The notes: generated by a model not told the origin, from the sequence alone. 64,000 nt of DNA from Microthyrium microscopicum (GCA_010405405.1 MU004244.1:375895-439894); one strand, 5' to 3'; shown: positions 38,339 to 51,298, counted from the first letter of the stretch. A program made the numbers and translations.

Positions 38339-40187
38339 ATGTTCCTTCATCAGATAGACCTCACAACTGCTCTGCGGCCCTACCTTCTGCCAGGTGAAGC
38401 CCTGATTTTTGTCCAGGATGGGGTGGGTTTGTATGAAGGGTATGTTGTTCTCATGATGCATGGGAATTTTTGTTAATATTAGACAGGAAATACAAGATCC
38501 CGCAGTATCAAAATGGACACGCATATCTGACCTCACATCGAGTGTGTTATGTGGATAACGAAGATCCTCGGCAAAACGCTGTAGGAGTTGACCTCAAAGA
38601 TGTCGAAAAGACAGAATTCTATGTATGAACTTCCTCATGCTAGACAAACTACTGGTCTAATGTGCGCAGGCTGGCTTTTTAAAATCATCAGGCAAGGTTA
38701 CTCTTACACCGGCTGCGAACAAGAGAGGATCTATGCAACCTCGTGGCCAATCGCCTCAGATAGCCACTGGAGCTGGTCGTAGGGAAAGCTCAAGTCATTC
38801 CGTCGCTCCATCCCCTGCACCGAGAACAAGTGCGACTTGGGTCTGCGTTATCTGCACATTCTCCAATCTTATTCCACAGGGTTTTGATCCTGCCAGTGCA
38901 AACTCTAGGACCTATCTTCCGCCATGTGAAAGTTGCGGCATCAAGCCAGAGTTGATACATGTCGTGAAGGCAGCGATACAGGCATATCGCCAATCCGCTG
39001 CGAGTTCAGATCAAAGCAATGATGTCCAATCGCCATCTTCGAATACCAAAAAACAAACGACAAAGATCATATGTCCTAGGTGTACCTTCGCCAATCATCT
39101 CTCAATGCGGCAATGCGAAATATGTGATACTTCCCTGGCGACCGCTCCAGACCCTCGTCTGGATCTCACACGCCATGAAATTCGAGCTGCTTCTCCAGGG
39201 CCTGCATTAGTGAATCTTTCTCTCAACGACGAGTCTATTAAATGCATCAAGTTGTCATTTCGAGTGGGGGGAGAGAAGGTGTTCTTTGAGCGTATAAACA
39301 CTGCGATGCAGCAACGGAAGTGGCTTTTGCATGGCGCTCCACCAATTCCTCAACCAAACGAACAATCCGCAAATGGGGACAACTCCTCTGCATCAGACCA
39401 AAAGGTACGAAAGCTAGTCGGTATCGCAGGACTAGAATTGCGAGAACAAACTCAGCGAAAGAACAATGAGTTGATTATCGGAAATGCATTTGAGGATCTG
39501 GAAGCCCTCATCACCTCCGCGAAAGATATAATTGCACTTGCAGAGTCATTCTCATCTACGGCGAAAGCAGATGGCAGCGTCAGTGCTGAAGCAGATTCTC
39601 TGGTTTCCCAGTCAGTTTCCCAATCACTGGGTTTAATCACAACCAAGGATATGCTTGGATCGGACTCTCTTTATATCTCAGAGTTGTCAAGAAACCTTGC
39701 AGAATTTCTTACCGATGACACCAAAGGTGTTCTTAAGAAAGAGGGAGGAATTATTAGTCTTGTGGATTTGTGGTCCGTATTTAACCAAGCACGAAATGGA
39801 GTCGAGTTGGTCAGCCCAGTGGATTTCGAACACGCAGCACGAATGTGGGAACAACTGAAATTGCCTGTGCGACTTCGACGCTTCAAGAGTGGACTGTTGG
39901 TGGTTCAAGGATCTGACAGAACGGATGAAAAGACTATTGCCAGTATCATGTCTTGGCTGAAAGATCTTCATGAGTTTCCTCCAGAAGAACCTGTGCCATG
40001 GGATTGGCGGACCTACGGGAGAGGTGTTACCGTACAAGAGACTGCCGTCAGGTTTGGCTGGAGTATGGGAGTCACCACAGAAGAACTAGAAATGGCTGAG
40101 GAGAAAGGTGTACTATGTCGAGATCAAGGCTTGGACGGGATACGTTTCTGGGAGAATTTCATCACAGAAGATCCGCCGCAGGTCTAG
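38339..40187 (+). CDS. VPS36: ESCRT-II subunit Vps36
   Basis: GLUE domain (VQDGVGLYEG|K...YLTSHR, two introns), two NZF fingers (WVCVICTFSN, CPRCTFANH), AFEDLEAL and winged-helix C-terminus. Confidence 0.93.
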
Positions 40188-40267
40188 TATGCAGCAGACG
40201 CAGTGCTAGCTTTAGACTTGATTCCGCAATTCATTCATTCGTATCGCATGATTGCTTTCATATCATT

Positions 40268-40799
40268 CTATAGTTTTGACCACTCCCTTCCGGCGAGTTT
40301 GAGACCATCCTCGCCATCAACAAGCACACACCAGCCTTCATCCCCACTGGTACCTCCCTCTGTTCCACCGATGGCGGCATCAAATTCTTTTCGAGCAAAG
40401 GCCATGACTTCGTCATTGTAGCTACCCGGCTGTAGCCAAACGGCTGGAACACCGGCATCTTTGGCTTCTTGTAGAACTTTCATTGTCGCCGCTGGAGGAG
40501 TGATGATTGAAAGGGAAGTATCGCCAGGGGAGCTTAGGTTGTTTGGCGATGCAACTGTGACATAGTTGCTTGACTTAACAGATACCTCGGGTACTCGCGG
40601 GTTGATAGGGGTTACTGGAAGATTGTGTTGTAGATACCAGACAAATACTGTTCTTCAATTTGTAGGTACCCCATTGAAAAAAGAAGCTCGACTAACCTTT
40701 ATGTCCAAACTTGGCCGTGTCTGATGAAGCTCCCACGACGGCAAATCGTGACGAAGAGAAAAAGGTCTTGAGGGCGGCCTCCATGGCTGCAGCTGGCAT
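40268..40799 (-). CDS. CoA-binding domain protein (YccU-like)
   Basis: FAVVGASSDTAKFGHK|VFVWY...PINP...AVWLQPG...GWCVLV; intron 40648-40696. Start is ATG 40799 or 40784. Confidence 0.88.
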
Positions 40800-41193
40800 T
40801 CTGGTAGCGTGAGACCGTGATTAATCGTGGATGCTTCAATAGTTTTCAAAGATATTGGATCTTTAAACAATCCGCGGATCAATGGAGCTTCAGAAGGAAG
40901 ATTGGCTTGGGTTGGTAAGGAAGCGAATGTAATCGAAGCTACGCGGGATTTAGACGCCACTGGGACTTTATCTCCGTGGACTCTTAGATTTTGCTACTCA
41001 ACTGGTAATCGATCTTTGCATCTCCTTTACGACCCATATCTTGTTCTTTAGTGGTTGAATTCCTATAATTGGGTGTGCTGTGGTTTTTCGTCAATCCCCT
41101 TTCCGCCCTACTGGTCGCTCGTCCTTCCCTCTCCTTATCTCGCCATTGAGACTGCCAATTCGCCGGCTAACTCATCCCAATCCATCACCCGAG

Positions 41194-44100
41194 ATGCTTT
41201 ACAGCCAGAATCTACCATGGCGACATACCCTCCGACACATACACACTTCATCCTCAAGGGTGTTACGATCCTCATTTCACAATAGCGCGCGATCCGCCTT
41301 ACGGATACCCCAGCCACAAGCGCATCACTACGTCAAGTCGCAAACCATATCATCAGTATCTCCTATATTACGAACTTTTGCCACTTCGGTGCCTCGAAGA
41401 CGGGAAGATACAGACAAGAAAGCAAGTGAAGAAGCGGAAGATGGCAAAAGCGTCGAGTCCAAGAAGGAGGTAGAGGAGGAAGTCCTCGACAAAGCCGAGT
41501 CCGTTGATGCCAAGTCCAAATCTCCCGATACAATACATAGCGAGAAATCATCAGATGGACGTGGCTCAAGTGCCGGAGGTGGCGACTCTGGCAACAATGA
41601 TAGCAGTGGTAATAGCAGCGGTGGCGGAGGAGGTGGTCGCAAAAAGAAAACCACCACGAACCAGGCGCTCCAGAAGCCAACAGTTCCGGATGTGTACCCG
41701 CAAGTAATGGCGATACCGATCGCAAAGCGCCCACTCTTTCCCGGATTCTACAAGGCCATCACGATTAGAAATCCTGAGGTCATGGCTGCGATTGATGCTG
41801 CGATGAAAATGGGTCAACCATACATTGGCGCGTTTTTACTACGCGACGAGAACGCCGATATCGATGTCATTGAAAAAATGAGCGACGTGCACGAAGTTGG
41901 CACATTCTGTCAAATCACAAGTGCTTTTACGGTACAAGGCGATGAACCTAGCATGACTGCCGTACTGTACCCTCATCGGCGGATAAAAATGAGCTCATTA
42001 CTTGCTCCAAATCGAGACGAAGGAAAGGAAGTTGCGACGGCGGAGGTCGCCCCCGAAGAAAACAAGCCTGTAGCTGCTGAGCCGACAGAACCTGCCCCGG
42101 AACAAGACGAGAAGAAGGGTGATGTAGTGGCGAGCTTTGAGGAAAATAGCGCGGATGCAAAAGCGCAGTCCAAAGACTCCAAGCAAGTTCAACAATACGA
42201 GCCGGCCTCATTCCTCAAGAACTTCAAAGTCAGTCTTGTAAATGTGGATAATCTCCTTGAGGAGTCATACGACAAAAAGAACCCGACAATTCGAGCACTA
42301 ATTAGCGAGATCGTCAATGTTTTTAAGGAAATCGCCAACATGAACCATATTTTCAGAGATCAAATTTCTGCATTTTCGATGAGCGCAAATGCTGGCAACG
42401 TTGGCGAAAACCCGGCCAAGCTTGCGGACTTTGCTGCTGCTGTATCGTCTGGAGAACCTAATGAGCTGCAGGAGGCACTGGAATCTCTCAACATGGAAGA
42501 TCGGTTACACAAAGCACTCTTGGTGCTGAAGAAGGAACACATGAACTCTCAACTTCAGACAAAGATATCGAAAGATGTCGAAAGCAAGATCCAAAAACGT
42601 CAAAGGGAATACTTTCTCATGGAACAGATGAGAGGTATTCGAAGAGAACTTGGTTTAGAGTCTGACGGCAAAGACAAACTCATCGAAAACTTCAAAACCA
42701 AAGCATCCAAACTGACAATGCCAGATGCTGTTCGCAAAGTTTTCGACGAAGAGATTAACAAGCTCGCGCATATCGAACCGGCAGCTTCAGAGTTTAACGT
42801 CACTCGCAACTACCTAGACTGGCTTACACAGATTCCCTGGGGCCAAAGGAGTGTCGAGAATTTTGATATCAAGCATGCCGTGAAAGTCTTGGACGAGGAT
42901 CATCATGGTTTGCAAGATGTCAAGGACCGCATCTTGGAATTCATTGCAGTTGGCAAGCTACGCGGCACAGTCGAAGGCAAAATATTATTTATGGTTGGAC
43001 CTCCCGGTGTTGGAAAGACCAGTATTGGCAAGTCCATCGCCAAAGCACTGAATCGTCAATACTATCGATTTAGTGTTGGTGGCATGAGCGATGTCGCAGA
43101 AATCAAGGGTCACCGAAGAACGTATGTTGGTGCACTTCCTGGACGGATGATACAAGCATTGAAGAAATCACAAACCGAAAATCCTTTAATCTTAATCGAC
43201 GAAGTTGATAAGCTCAGTCGAGGTTATCAAGGCGATCCTGCTGCGGCATTGCTCGAAATGCTGGATCCCGAACAGAACAACTCTTTCCTCGACCACTACC
43301 TCGATGTCCCCGTTGATCTATCCAAGGTGCTGTTTGTCTGCACAGCCAACATGACCGATACGGTACCGCGTCCTCTTCTTGACAGAATGGAGACCATTGA
43401 GTTGTCTGGTTATGTCGCTGACGAGAAGATGGCAATTGCCGAGAAATATCTGGCCCCCGCTGCAAAGGAGCTCAGCGGTCTCAAAGACGTAGATGTGATT
43501 CTTGAAAAAGACGCCATCCAAGAACTCATCAACAAATACTGCCGAGAATCAGGAGTGCGGAATTTGAAGAAACAGATAGAGAAGGTCTACCGAAAGGCAG
43601 CACTCAAGATTATAAGAGACCTTGGGGAGGAAGCGCTACCCGAAGAAGAAGCACTTACAACAGAAGGGAAAGCAGCGAAGAAAGAGTCCGACAAAGATGA
43701 CAGCGACGCCACAGCAACGTCAGATAACATCGAAAATGAGACAACAGAGAAACCACGCGTTGCTCTCAAGGTTCCCGATCACGTCAAGCTAAGAATTACG
43801 AAAGAAAACCTCAAAGATTATGTCGGCCCGCCTGTTTTCACAACCGATAGGCTCTATGAAACCACGCCTCCTGGTGTAGCCTTGGGACTTGCCTGGACGA
43901 ACATGGGAGGTGCTGCTTTATATGTCGAGTCTATCCTCGAAAATGCTTTATCTTACTCATCCAAGCCTGGGTTTGAAAGAACTGGAAACCTCAAGCAAGT
44001 CATGAAAGAGTCCACACAAATCGCATACAGCTTCTCAAAGGGTCATCTTGCTCGCGAATTCCCCGAGAATCGTTTCTTCGAGCATGCCCGAATCCATCTA

Positions 44101-44562
44101 CATTGCCCAGAGGGTGCAGTACAAAAAGACGGGCCCAGCGCTGGAATCACAATGGCAACGTCACTGCTCAGTTTGGCTCTCGATCAACCACTAAACCCAA
44201 CGATCTCTATGACAGGAGAACTCACAGTCACCGGAAAAGTCTTACGGATTGGAGGATTACGTGAAAAGACTGTAGCAGCAAGACGAGCGGGAGCGAAAAC
44301 GATCATCTTCCCCAAGGACAATCTCAGCGACTGGTTGGAACTTCCAGAAGTAAGTCAAGAATAATCTCGCGTCATCGCCCATGCTAACCCCTGCAAACAG
44401 AACATCAAAGAAGGCATGGAAGGTAAACCCGTTGAGTGGTATTCAGACGTATTTGAAACCGTCTTCCCCAACATCGACCACGATGCTGCAAATTCTGTTT
44501 GGAAGAAGAAATTGAGCAAACCTCCCAAGTCGGAACGCGATGACAACGACGACAAGGACTAA
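41194..44562 (+). CDS. PIM1: Mitochondrial Lon protease
   Basis: Presequence-like N-terminus, RPLFPGFYKA, Walker A GPPGVGKT, KDGPSAG (Ser), GGLREK (Lys); intron 44350-44400. Confidence 0.96.
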
Positions 44563-45303
44563 TATAGATATATTTTCGAATTCATTCGATGAGAATCAAC
44601 CTTCCGCATTTTGAAGCTCTCACGCAGACTACCGGAGTCCATCGACGTGATGAGCTGGCGTATTGGTCAACTTCATAAGCATCATTGGCAATTAGATCTG
44701 TTGGGCCACGATCACCATCCACCCGGTGATTATATCAATATAGACTCCGCTCATGTAAAAATATATAGTAAGCAGATGATTCTGCAACAGATACATCCTA
44801 TACAGCACAAAGACTGCTTCTCGAACACAGACCGTTAAAAGGCCTTCTCTTTTGGCAACAGCCTTTATTGCTGCCGCCCCAAATGTACCGTGTCTAAATT
44901 TCCGAGATCAGGGCGACACTAACTAGAAAGAGCGATCTCGAGATTTTTGGGGCTATAGTTAGATCTCATTATCAAAGCCAAGGGCAGTAAACTATCCAAG
45001 GGTATAAATTCGGCCCCAGATGAAGTCTGAGCGGTCGTGTAAACCTTGATTCTAGAACTCGTCTAGCCTTTCTATTGAACTTCTTGCCTCTACTGAGACC
45101 TTCCGTCTCAATTGCAAGGTAAGGTCTTAAAGGCCGACCTTGGTTTCGGTCTACAACATAAAGTTACTATTAGCTTATACGACAAACTTTCCTCAGTGCA
45201 CGAAGTTCGCCATTGAATTTCTGGTCCAAGATGTATGCATAGCATGAGACTAAAGTATTTTTTGTTTTGTCCCTTCACAGACAAGTAATTCGCGAACAAC
45301 TCT

Positions 45304-45339
45304 ACATTCACCATGACATTCACCATGACATTCACCATG
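45304..45339. repeat. 12-bp tandem repeat x3
   Basis: acattcaccatg repeated three times exactly. Confidence 0.85.
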
Positions 45340-46023
45340 AGAACCACCAGCTGGCGTTTTTCATACCCAACTCAAGTGTGGTAGACCAAAAGGCAGGAAT
45401 AATTCTAGCTAATGACGGGTACCCTACCCTGCTACTGTACCTTTATTTCATGTATCTTGAGTGCTGTTTCACTGAAGCCCCAGTGCCGGTTAGATGATCG
45501 AGAATATCTGCCAGGGCAATATCGAATTCCCTTCCATAGTTCTCAAAGCCCGCAAGCCTTGACGCTCTACCGGTGCTGAGCACGGCTACTATTGCTCGTA
45601 ATTTGTCCCTAGTTTCCGTTTGGTTCGCATTGTAGTAGTAATCTTCTCCACTTTCTTCTACTCTGCCTGTGTTTATACATTGCTTCTATCTACACCCTGT
45701 TTGATATGATACTCCCTGGACAATTATTGAGCAATTTGGATTCTCAGCAGCCTAGATTATTGCATAATGAGAATTAGTTTCTTTCTAAGTTTTGCGAACG
45801 GTATGCCAGCTGCTTCCAACTTCCAGTCCTTACCACAAGCCAGTCTTGCCAGTCTTTTCCAAGGTTCAACGCGAAATCGGTTCCAAGCTATGGATGGTGA
45901 AAAATAACTGTGCCATTTTCTTTTCAAGTATAGAGCAACTCACAGCCAGTAAACTGTTGTTCTTTCACAATCGTTTCTGTGGCTTTGACCGCACCTGGCC
46001 GAATCACTAGCTGGCCAGTCGCG

Positions 46024-47828
46024 ATGTATCTCATTCATTCGTTATTTCTCATTCTACCACTGTTTGACGGTGCTAGAGCCGCACCAAAGCCTTTGGCACA
46101 ATCGCCGTCACCGCCGACAAAGCCGCGAAATCCAAATACCCCCAAAGCATACGTCGCGAACGGCTCAAGGGCGGAAGAGATACGAACGGAATTCCGATGG
46201 GCATGGAATCGATATAAGGACGCTCCCGGCAACAAGCCTCTAGCAGATGCTAAACAGAGTGTGAAATGGCATGATGAAGTGGTTGCATCCGATGGAAGCA
46301 TTTATGATTCAAGGAACGGATGGGGTGCCACCCCGATTGATGCTCTGTCCACGGCAATCATAATGGGAGAGAAGGAGATCGTGAAGCAGATTTTGTCATT
46401 CATTCCAACAATCAAGTTCGGGAAACAAATGTACGAACGAAATACTGTTAGTCTATTTGAGACAACAATACGCTATTTAGGAGGACTTTTATCCGCCTAC
46501 GACTTGATAGGACCAGGTGGACCAAAAGCTGAACTTGCTCAAGGCATGGTGAGTTCTGCTTCGAGTTCATGCCAGTTTTGCATCGAGCATCAAACTAACT
46601 CGAGTACAGGATACCACAATCCTTTTGACTCAAGCGAAAAACCTGGCGGATTTCCTTGAATATGCATTTACTTACGTTACAAAACCAGGCATGGCGCCGA
46701 CAGGCATACCAAACAATGAACTTCGTTTTCCCGGCAACAAAACTGGAGATTTTGGTTTCCAAGATGGCCCCGACGGGATACCCTTGGCACAAGTAGGCAC
46801 TTTGATCTTGGAATGGACTCGTCTTGCGGATCTTACGGGAATCAAGAAATATGCCGCTCTGGTTGATAAAGCCCAAAGCTACCTCCTCAGACCAAGCGAA
46901 GAGATTCATCCAGGATTGATTCCGTCGATGCTGAATATCACGACTGGCAAGCTCTACGGTGGCGAAGCCTCTTGGGGTGCGAATGCAGACTCTTTTTATG
47001 AATATCTGATCAAAATGTATGTCTACGACCCAAAACGATACGGATTATACAAGGATCGATGGATCCTGGCGGCAGACTCCTCTATCAGCCATATGAGCTA
47101 CACCTCCAAGGACGCCAACGTCACATTCTTGGGACACCTTGTGAAGGACGCAAAGCCAGAAATGCAATATAATAGTCAACATCTGGCTTGCTTTGCTGGC
47201 GGAAATTTCATCTTGGGTGGTACGATCCTTGATCGGCAAGACTACATTGATTTTGGGCTACGGCTGACCGACGGCTGCCACAAAACGTATTCGAGTACCG
47301 CAACAGGCATTGGTCCTGAGCTTTTCAGTTTCGACCCCAAGCCCAAATTGCAATCTGCTGTGCAGAAAGACATGTTTTCAAAGGCTGGCTTCTACGTTGT
47401 TGATGGTTATGGCTATTACAACCTGCGACCAGAAGTAGTTGAAAGCATCTATTATGCTTATCGAGCTACTGGAGACAAAACGTATCAGGACTGGTCTTGG
47501 AATGCCTTCCAAGCTATCAAGAAGAAATGCAAGGTAGTAGAAGGTTATGGTTATGCCCTCTTGAACGACGTGACCAACGACAAAAGCGAAATACGGAAAG
47601 GTGGCTATCAAGAAAGCTTTTTCTTTGCCGAGACCCTGAAGTATCTGTACATGATCCATGCAGAGGTAAGTCAAACTACATCTTTTCAAGTCAAAATTGA
47701 CAATTTACTAACTCACCTGACAGGAAGCAGATTGGCAAGTCTCGGGACCGGGCCCTAACAAGAACCAAAAGTTTGTTTTCAATACCGAAGCACATCCCAT
47801 GAAGGTGTACTCTGAGCGTAAAAAGTGA
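46024..47828 (+). CDS. Secreted class I alpha-1,2-mannosidase (GH47)
   Basis: Signal peptide; SLFETTIRYLGGLLSAY, DSFYEYL, HLACFAGG, LRPEVVES, ESFFFAETLKY, FNTEAHP; introns 46549-46609 and 47666-47723. Confidence 0.94.
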
Positions 47829-49267
47829 GTACCTTGATAACTTTTGTATAAGCTTGCATCAGTTTTGTCAGCGGTCATATTACCCCATGGAGTTTGTTGC
47901 TTGCATGTTCTGGCAATGCATTTGATAGCTGCTTATCGTATGATGCAGCGGTAGCCATCAAGTCTTTTAGTACATAATACATGTTAATTCGCATGCAAAA
48001 GTTTCTCGTTCGTAATATATCTTCAAGCTCTCAGATCTTGAGCATCTTAGCCGTATGGTTGCTTCTCACCAGCCTTGGGTACACTACTGGAATGACTACC
48101 ACAAAACACGGCTCAATTGCAGATCCCAACCACACTTGAGTTTACAATCATCGGAGTGTCTAGTTGAATGCTCAGGAGTACTAAGTGTTGCAACCGAAAT
48201 CGGCCCTTCGACTAGTGTAATCTACAATTCCCTCAGTTGCGAAATATCTCCTTACTGCGCAGCTGGAGCCTGGTTTCGATAGACTGGCGCGCAACTACAT
48301 CTGGTTGAACCACGGTACGCTCAATACAGCACATCAGATCCAAGGAACTATGACCTTTTTCTGCTTTGGAAGGCTCATACATAGCTCCCCCAACTGGGTA
48401 CATCTGGGGGTAAAGAAGCCCGTTGCCGAGTAGATTGACGCCTCGATGACCATGCAGGACCAAGGCATCTCAAACCCCAAAGGAGGGTATTGGTATCAAG
48501 CCTTGATGCTGGAGGAGGCAGAGTCTTTCACTTCCCTGGACGTTCATTGCAATTTGTACCGTGGAAGCTAATCTGGAGTTCCTGGAAGGGGATAGAACTC
48601 GAACAATGAGATCTGAGGTAGGCATGGGGCAATAGATGAAGCGCTGTTACCAGGCAAAACAAGTTGTTGCGAAAACCTTGATGCTCAACTGATGGTCCCT
48701 TCCAGATTTTCCTGAATTCAGTACCTAGATGGGGACGATGGAAACAATCAGAAGCGCACAGTCGCCGTCGTCTTTGACCATCGGTGGTTCCAAGGAGTCT
48801 CGTGAACGAGTTTTAGTGCAGTTACCGATTTGAGTACCGCTTCTTTGCTCGTAACTGACTGAAATGGTGGTTCTGGGGGATGTATCTTCCACCACGCTTG
48901 TATCAGCTATCGTGAGATATCTGAATGCAGTACCGTCGTTGTACTGGAAGTAAGATCAGCCCCAGTTAGGCAGTTGTATTCTTAAGGGTATAACTTGCCG
49001 TCATCGTGCAAAGATTGCTCTTTCCTTTCCTCCCCAGAACTCCTTTTGCTACTGCTGTAATGCTGCCAGTTTTGTAAACTGCAAGTCTTCAGTGCTTCTA
49101 CTCTTCATTCTTCACCACGCCATACTGGTTCTTCTCTCATCTCTAATTAATTTCTCATCTTCTATATACCTCCCGTTCATGTCCATTTCATTCCAACCCA
49201 TTCTTCCTTCTTCATTTCCCTGGACTTCAAGTTTTATTCTCCCCTTCATTCTAGCATCGTCAGCACC

Positions 49268-50077
49268 ATGTGCTCTCGATCACCCATCCCGTCCTTTGCG
49301 ACGGCGATGACATTCTATCCCGGCGCACAAACTCCTGCTTATGGCAATCCTGGTTATCCATATGGTCAAACACCATCACCACCTGGATATTATCCATATG
49401 GTCAACCGCCATCACCGCCTGCATATTACCCATATGTGCAACAGCAGCCGGCGCCCTGGGCCTACGGGTACCCATATGGGCAAAATCAATCACATACGCC
49501 TGCAGTCTCCATTGCAGGCTTATTACGGGGTCGAATCGCGTGGTTGCCCAAAGACGCAACGAACATACATCCCAATGATCCGTTGTTTCAGTCCCCCGAA
49601 TTTGCCAGCCACCGTTCGCCTTTCAATCACCCAGTCGTCCTTCTGGATTACGACCCTATTACTACACGGGTCTTGTTCCGGCAAGTAACCAGTTTTGGTA
49701 GTCAGGGCATCGAGGAAAAGCACAAGGACGACCTCTTTACACGACTTGGCTACCTACTGATTCGGGATGCCGCGAGAACCAGTCACGATAACCTGCCTGA
49801 CCTGGAAGTGAGTCGTCCGATGTGCAAACCTTCCTACATCAATATTCGAGGAGGTGTGTGTAGCATCGAACTGCACCATCTTCGGTACCTTTGGCAGGGA
49901 CCACAGCTTAGTGCGGAAGCTGTAGACATCATGGAGGACCACGACCGCAGATACGATCAGGTTCAAGAAGGAGTTCGACAAGCTCGCCAGTCTGAGCCTC
50001 GAATGGACAAACAACAGCTGAACGCACTCTGTGATCGTCTCTACCATGATACCTTCCTAGACGATTCTTCGGCTTAA
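49268..50077 (+). CDS. Hypothetical protein: PGYPYGQ-repeat N-terminus plus putative PemK/MazF-like domain (copy A; start may be ATG 49307)
   Basis: Intact 269-aa ORF with RGRIAWLP...FNHPVVLL...VTSF...PSYINI...CSIELHHL; paralogous to downstream copies. Confidence 0.65.
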   Translation: MCSRSPIPSFATAMTFYPGAQTPAYGNPGYPYGQTPSPPGYYPYGQPPSPPAYYPYVQQQPAPWAYGYPYGQNQSHTPAVSIAGLLRGRIAWLPKDATNIHPNDPLFQSPEFASHRSPFNHPVVLLDYDPITTRVLFRQVTSFGSQGIEEKHKDDLFTRLGYLLIRDAARTSHDNLPDLEVSRPMCKPSYINIRGGVCSIELHHLRYLWQGPQLSAEAVDIMEDHDRRYDQVQEGVRQARQSEPRMDKQQLNALCDRLYHDTFLDDSSA

Positions 50078-50374
50078 TCGTGGCTTCCACCTGACTCTTA
50101 GCAACTCCCAGGCTCAAACACCTCAAGTATCTCTGGATTCAAGCGAAAGTCAACGTTCGTCCTCGAAATCAGTAGGCCGATGGACATATCTCCGTTTGTA
50201 AACATCCGAAGAGGCCTCTGTGACATCGAACTGCGCCATCTATCGAATGTGTGGAAGGAACCAAGGCCGAAGCAAGAAGCTTCAGCGTGGTACTCACCTA
50301 CCTCTTTTACGAGCTGCAGCGAGGCCAAAGAAGAGATTATAAGTCGGTTCAAGGGTCCATGGGTGGTCAGTTAG
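50078..50374 (+). pseudogene. Degenerate, internally deleted second copy of the same domain, in frame with copy A
   Basis: WLPPD at 50081, and LEISRPMDISPFVNIRRGLCDIELRHLSNVW aligns with copy A LEVSRPMCKPSYINIRGGVCSIELHHLRYLW. Confidence 0.65.
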
Positions 50375-50547
50375 GGGTGCGCTTTCCCGACACGCCCTCC
50401 ATACCTACCATACCGCAGGTTTTCCCAGTTGGAAAACCGCGACCCGCGATGCTCCTTCTGTTTACTCTTAGCCCCAGGCTCTCCCGGTCCTCCCAACAGT
50501 CCCCACACAACCCTCGTCAATTTCATATTTAACATCCCCTTGTTATT

Positions 50548-51298
50548 ATGTTCTGCCAAACTTCTCCAGCAGAGATGCTATTATACTCGCCGAGCCGGTC
50601 CTCTTATACGACACAACCGACTGCCTACTCCTCCCCAGTGTGGCAAGGTCCTACATATGGGCAGGGCTTCTATAACCAGAACTTTTATGGCCAGATTGTG
50701 TACAGCCAGAGCCACCGAACACAGCAACAGGCTCCCTTGCTATATGGCTTCTCAATCAACGGACAGCAGCAATATCATCCTGCCGCTTATGGATACGCAC
50801 TATATAGTCAACATCGTCCACCTCCAATGTCGGGTCCGAATGTTCTACGCGGTATCGTTGCATGGTTACCAAGGGATAGAACGGGCATCGACCCCAGCGA
50901 CCTTCTCTTTGCCTGCCCAAGTTTCCACCCTACGAGGGAAGACAAACCCTTCAACCATCCGATAGTCATTCTCAATGAGCAAAATGCTTTGGGTCGGGTT
51001 GCCGTTTCTGCAGCTTACCAGCTGGAGAGGATTCCCTATCGAGCTAAAGCACCCCGACAGTCGTACACGAAAAGGGTACCTGCAGATCGAATCCTCCCAA
51101 AGAAGCGGCCATGACGGGTTACCAGTCCTTCAGCTCCAAAGTAGTGAAGAAATGCGATGGCCTTCGTACGTTGATCTACTCCGGGAGGTCTGCACTATCG
51201 AAACGAGGCATTTACACTGGCGAGGTCAGCAGTTGACGGAGCAGGCAACACGCTTTTTGGAGGGATACTACTGGAATTATCAGAGTGGTATTTCATAA
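50548..51298 (+). pseudogene. Frameshifted paralog (copy B): Q/Y/G-rich N-terminus plus putative PemK/MazF-like domain
   Basis: LRGIVAWLP...PFNHPIVIL in one frame continues as FLQLTSWRGFPIELKH...PSYVDLLREVCTIETRHL in the +1 frame, with the shift at about 51000. Confidence 0.7.

Noticed and set aside
41080..41193. GTG-initiated N-terminal extension of Lon (and TTG extension 25891-25977 of the CENP-P-like gene)
   Set aside because: Artefact of the ORF caller using alternative starts; the downstream ATGs give sensible N-termini.
45304..45339. CRISPR-like or regulatory array
   Set aside because: Simple 12-bp tandem repeat without spacers, in a eukaryotic context.
48233..48950. Possible minus-strand F-box-like gene relic
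   Set aside because: Only vague similarity across several frames; cannot be supported.
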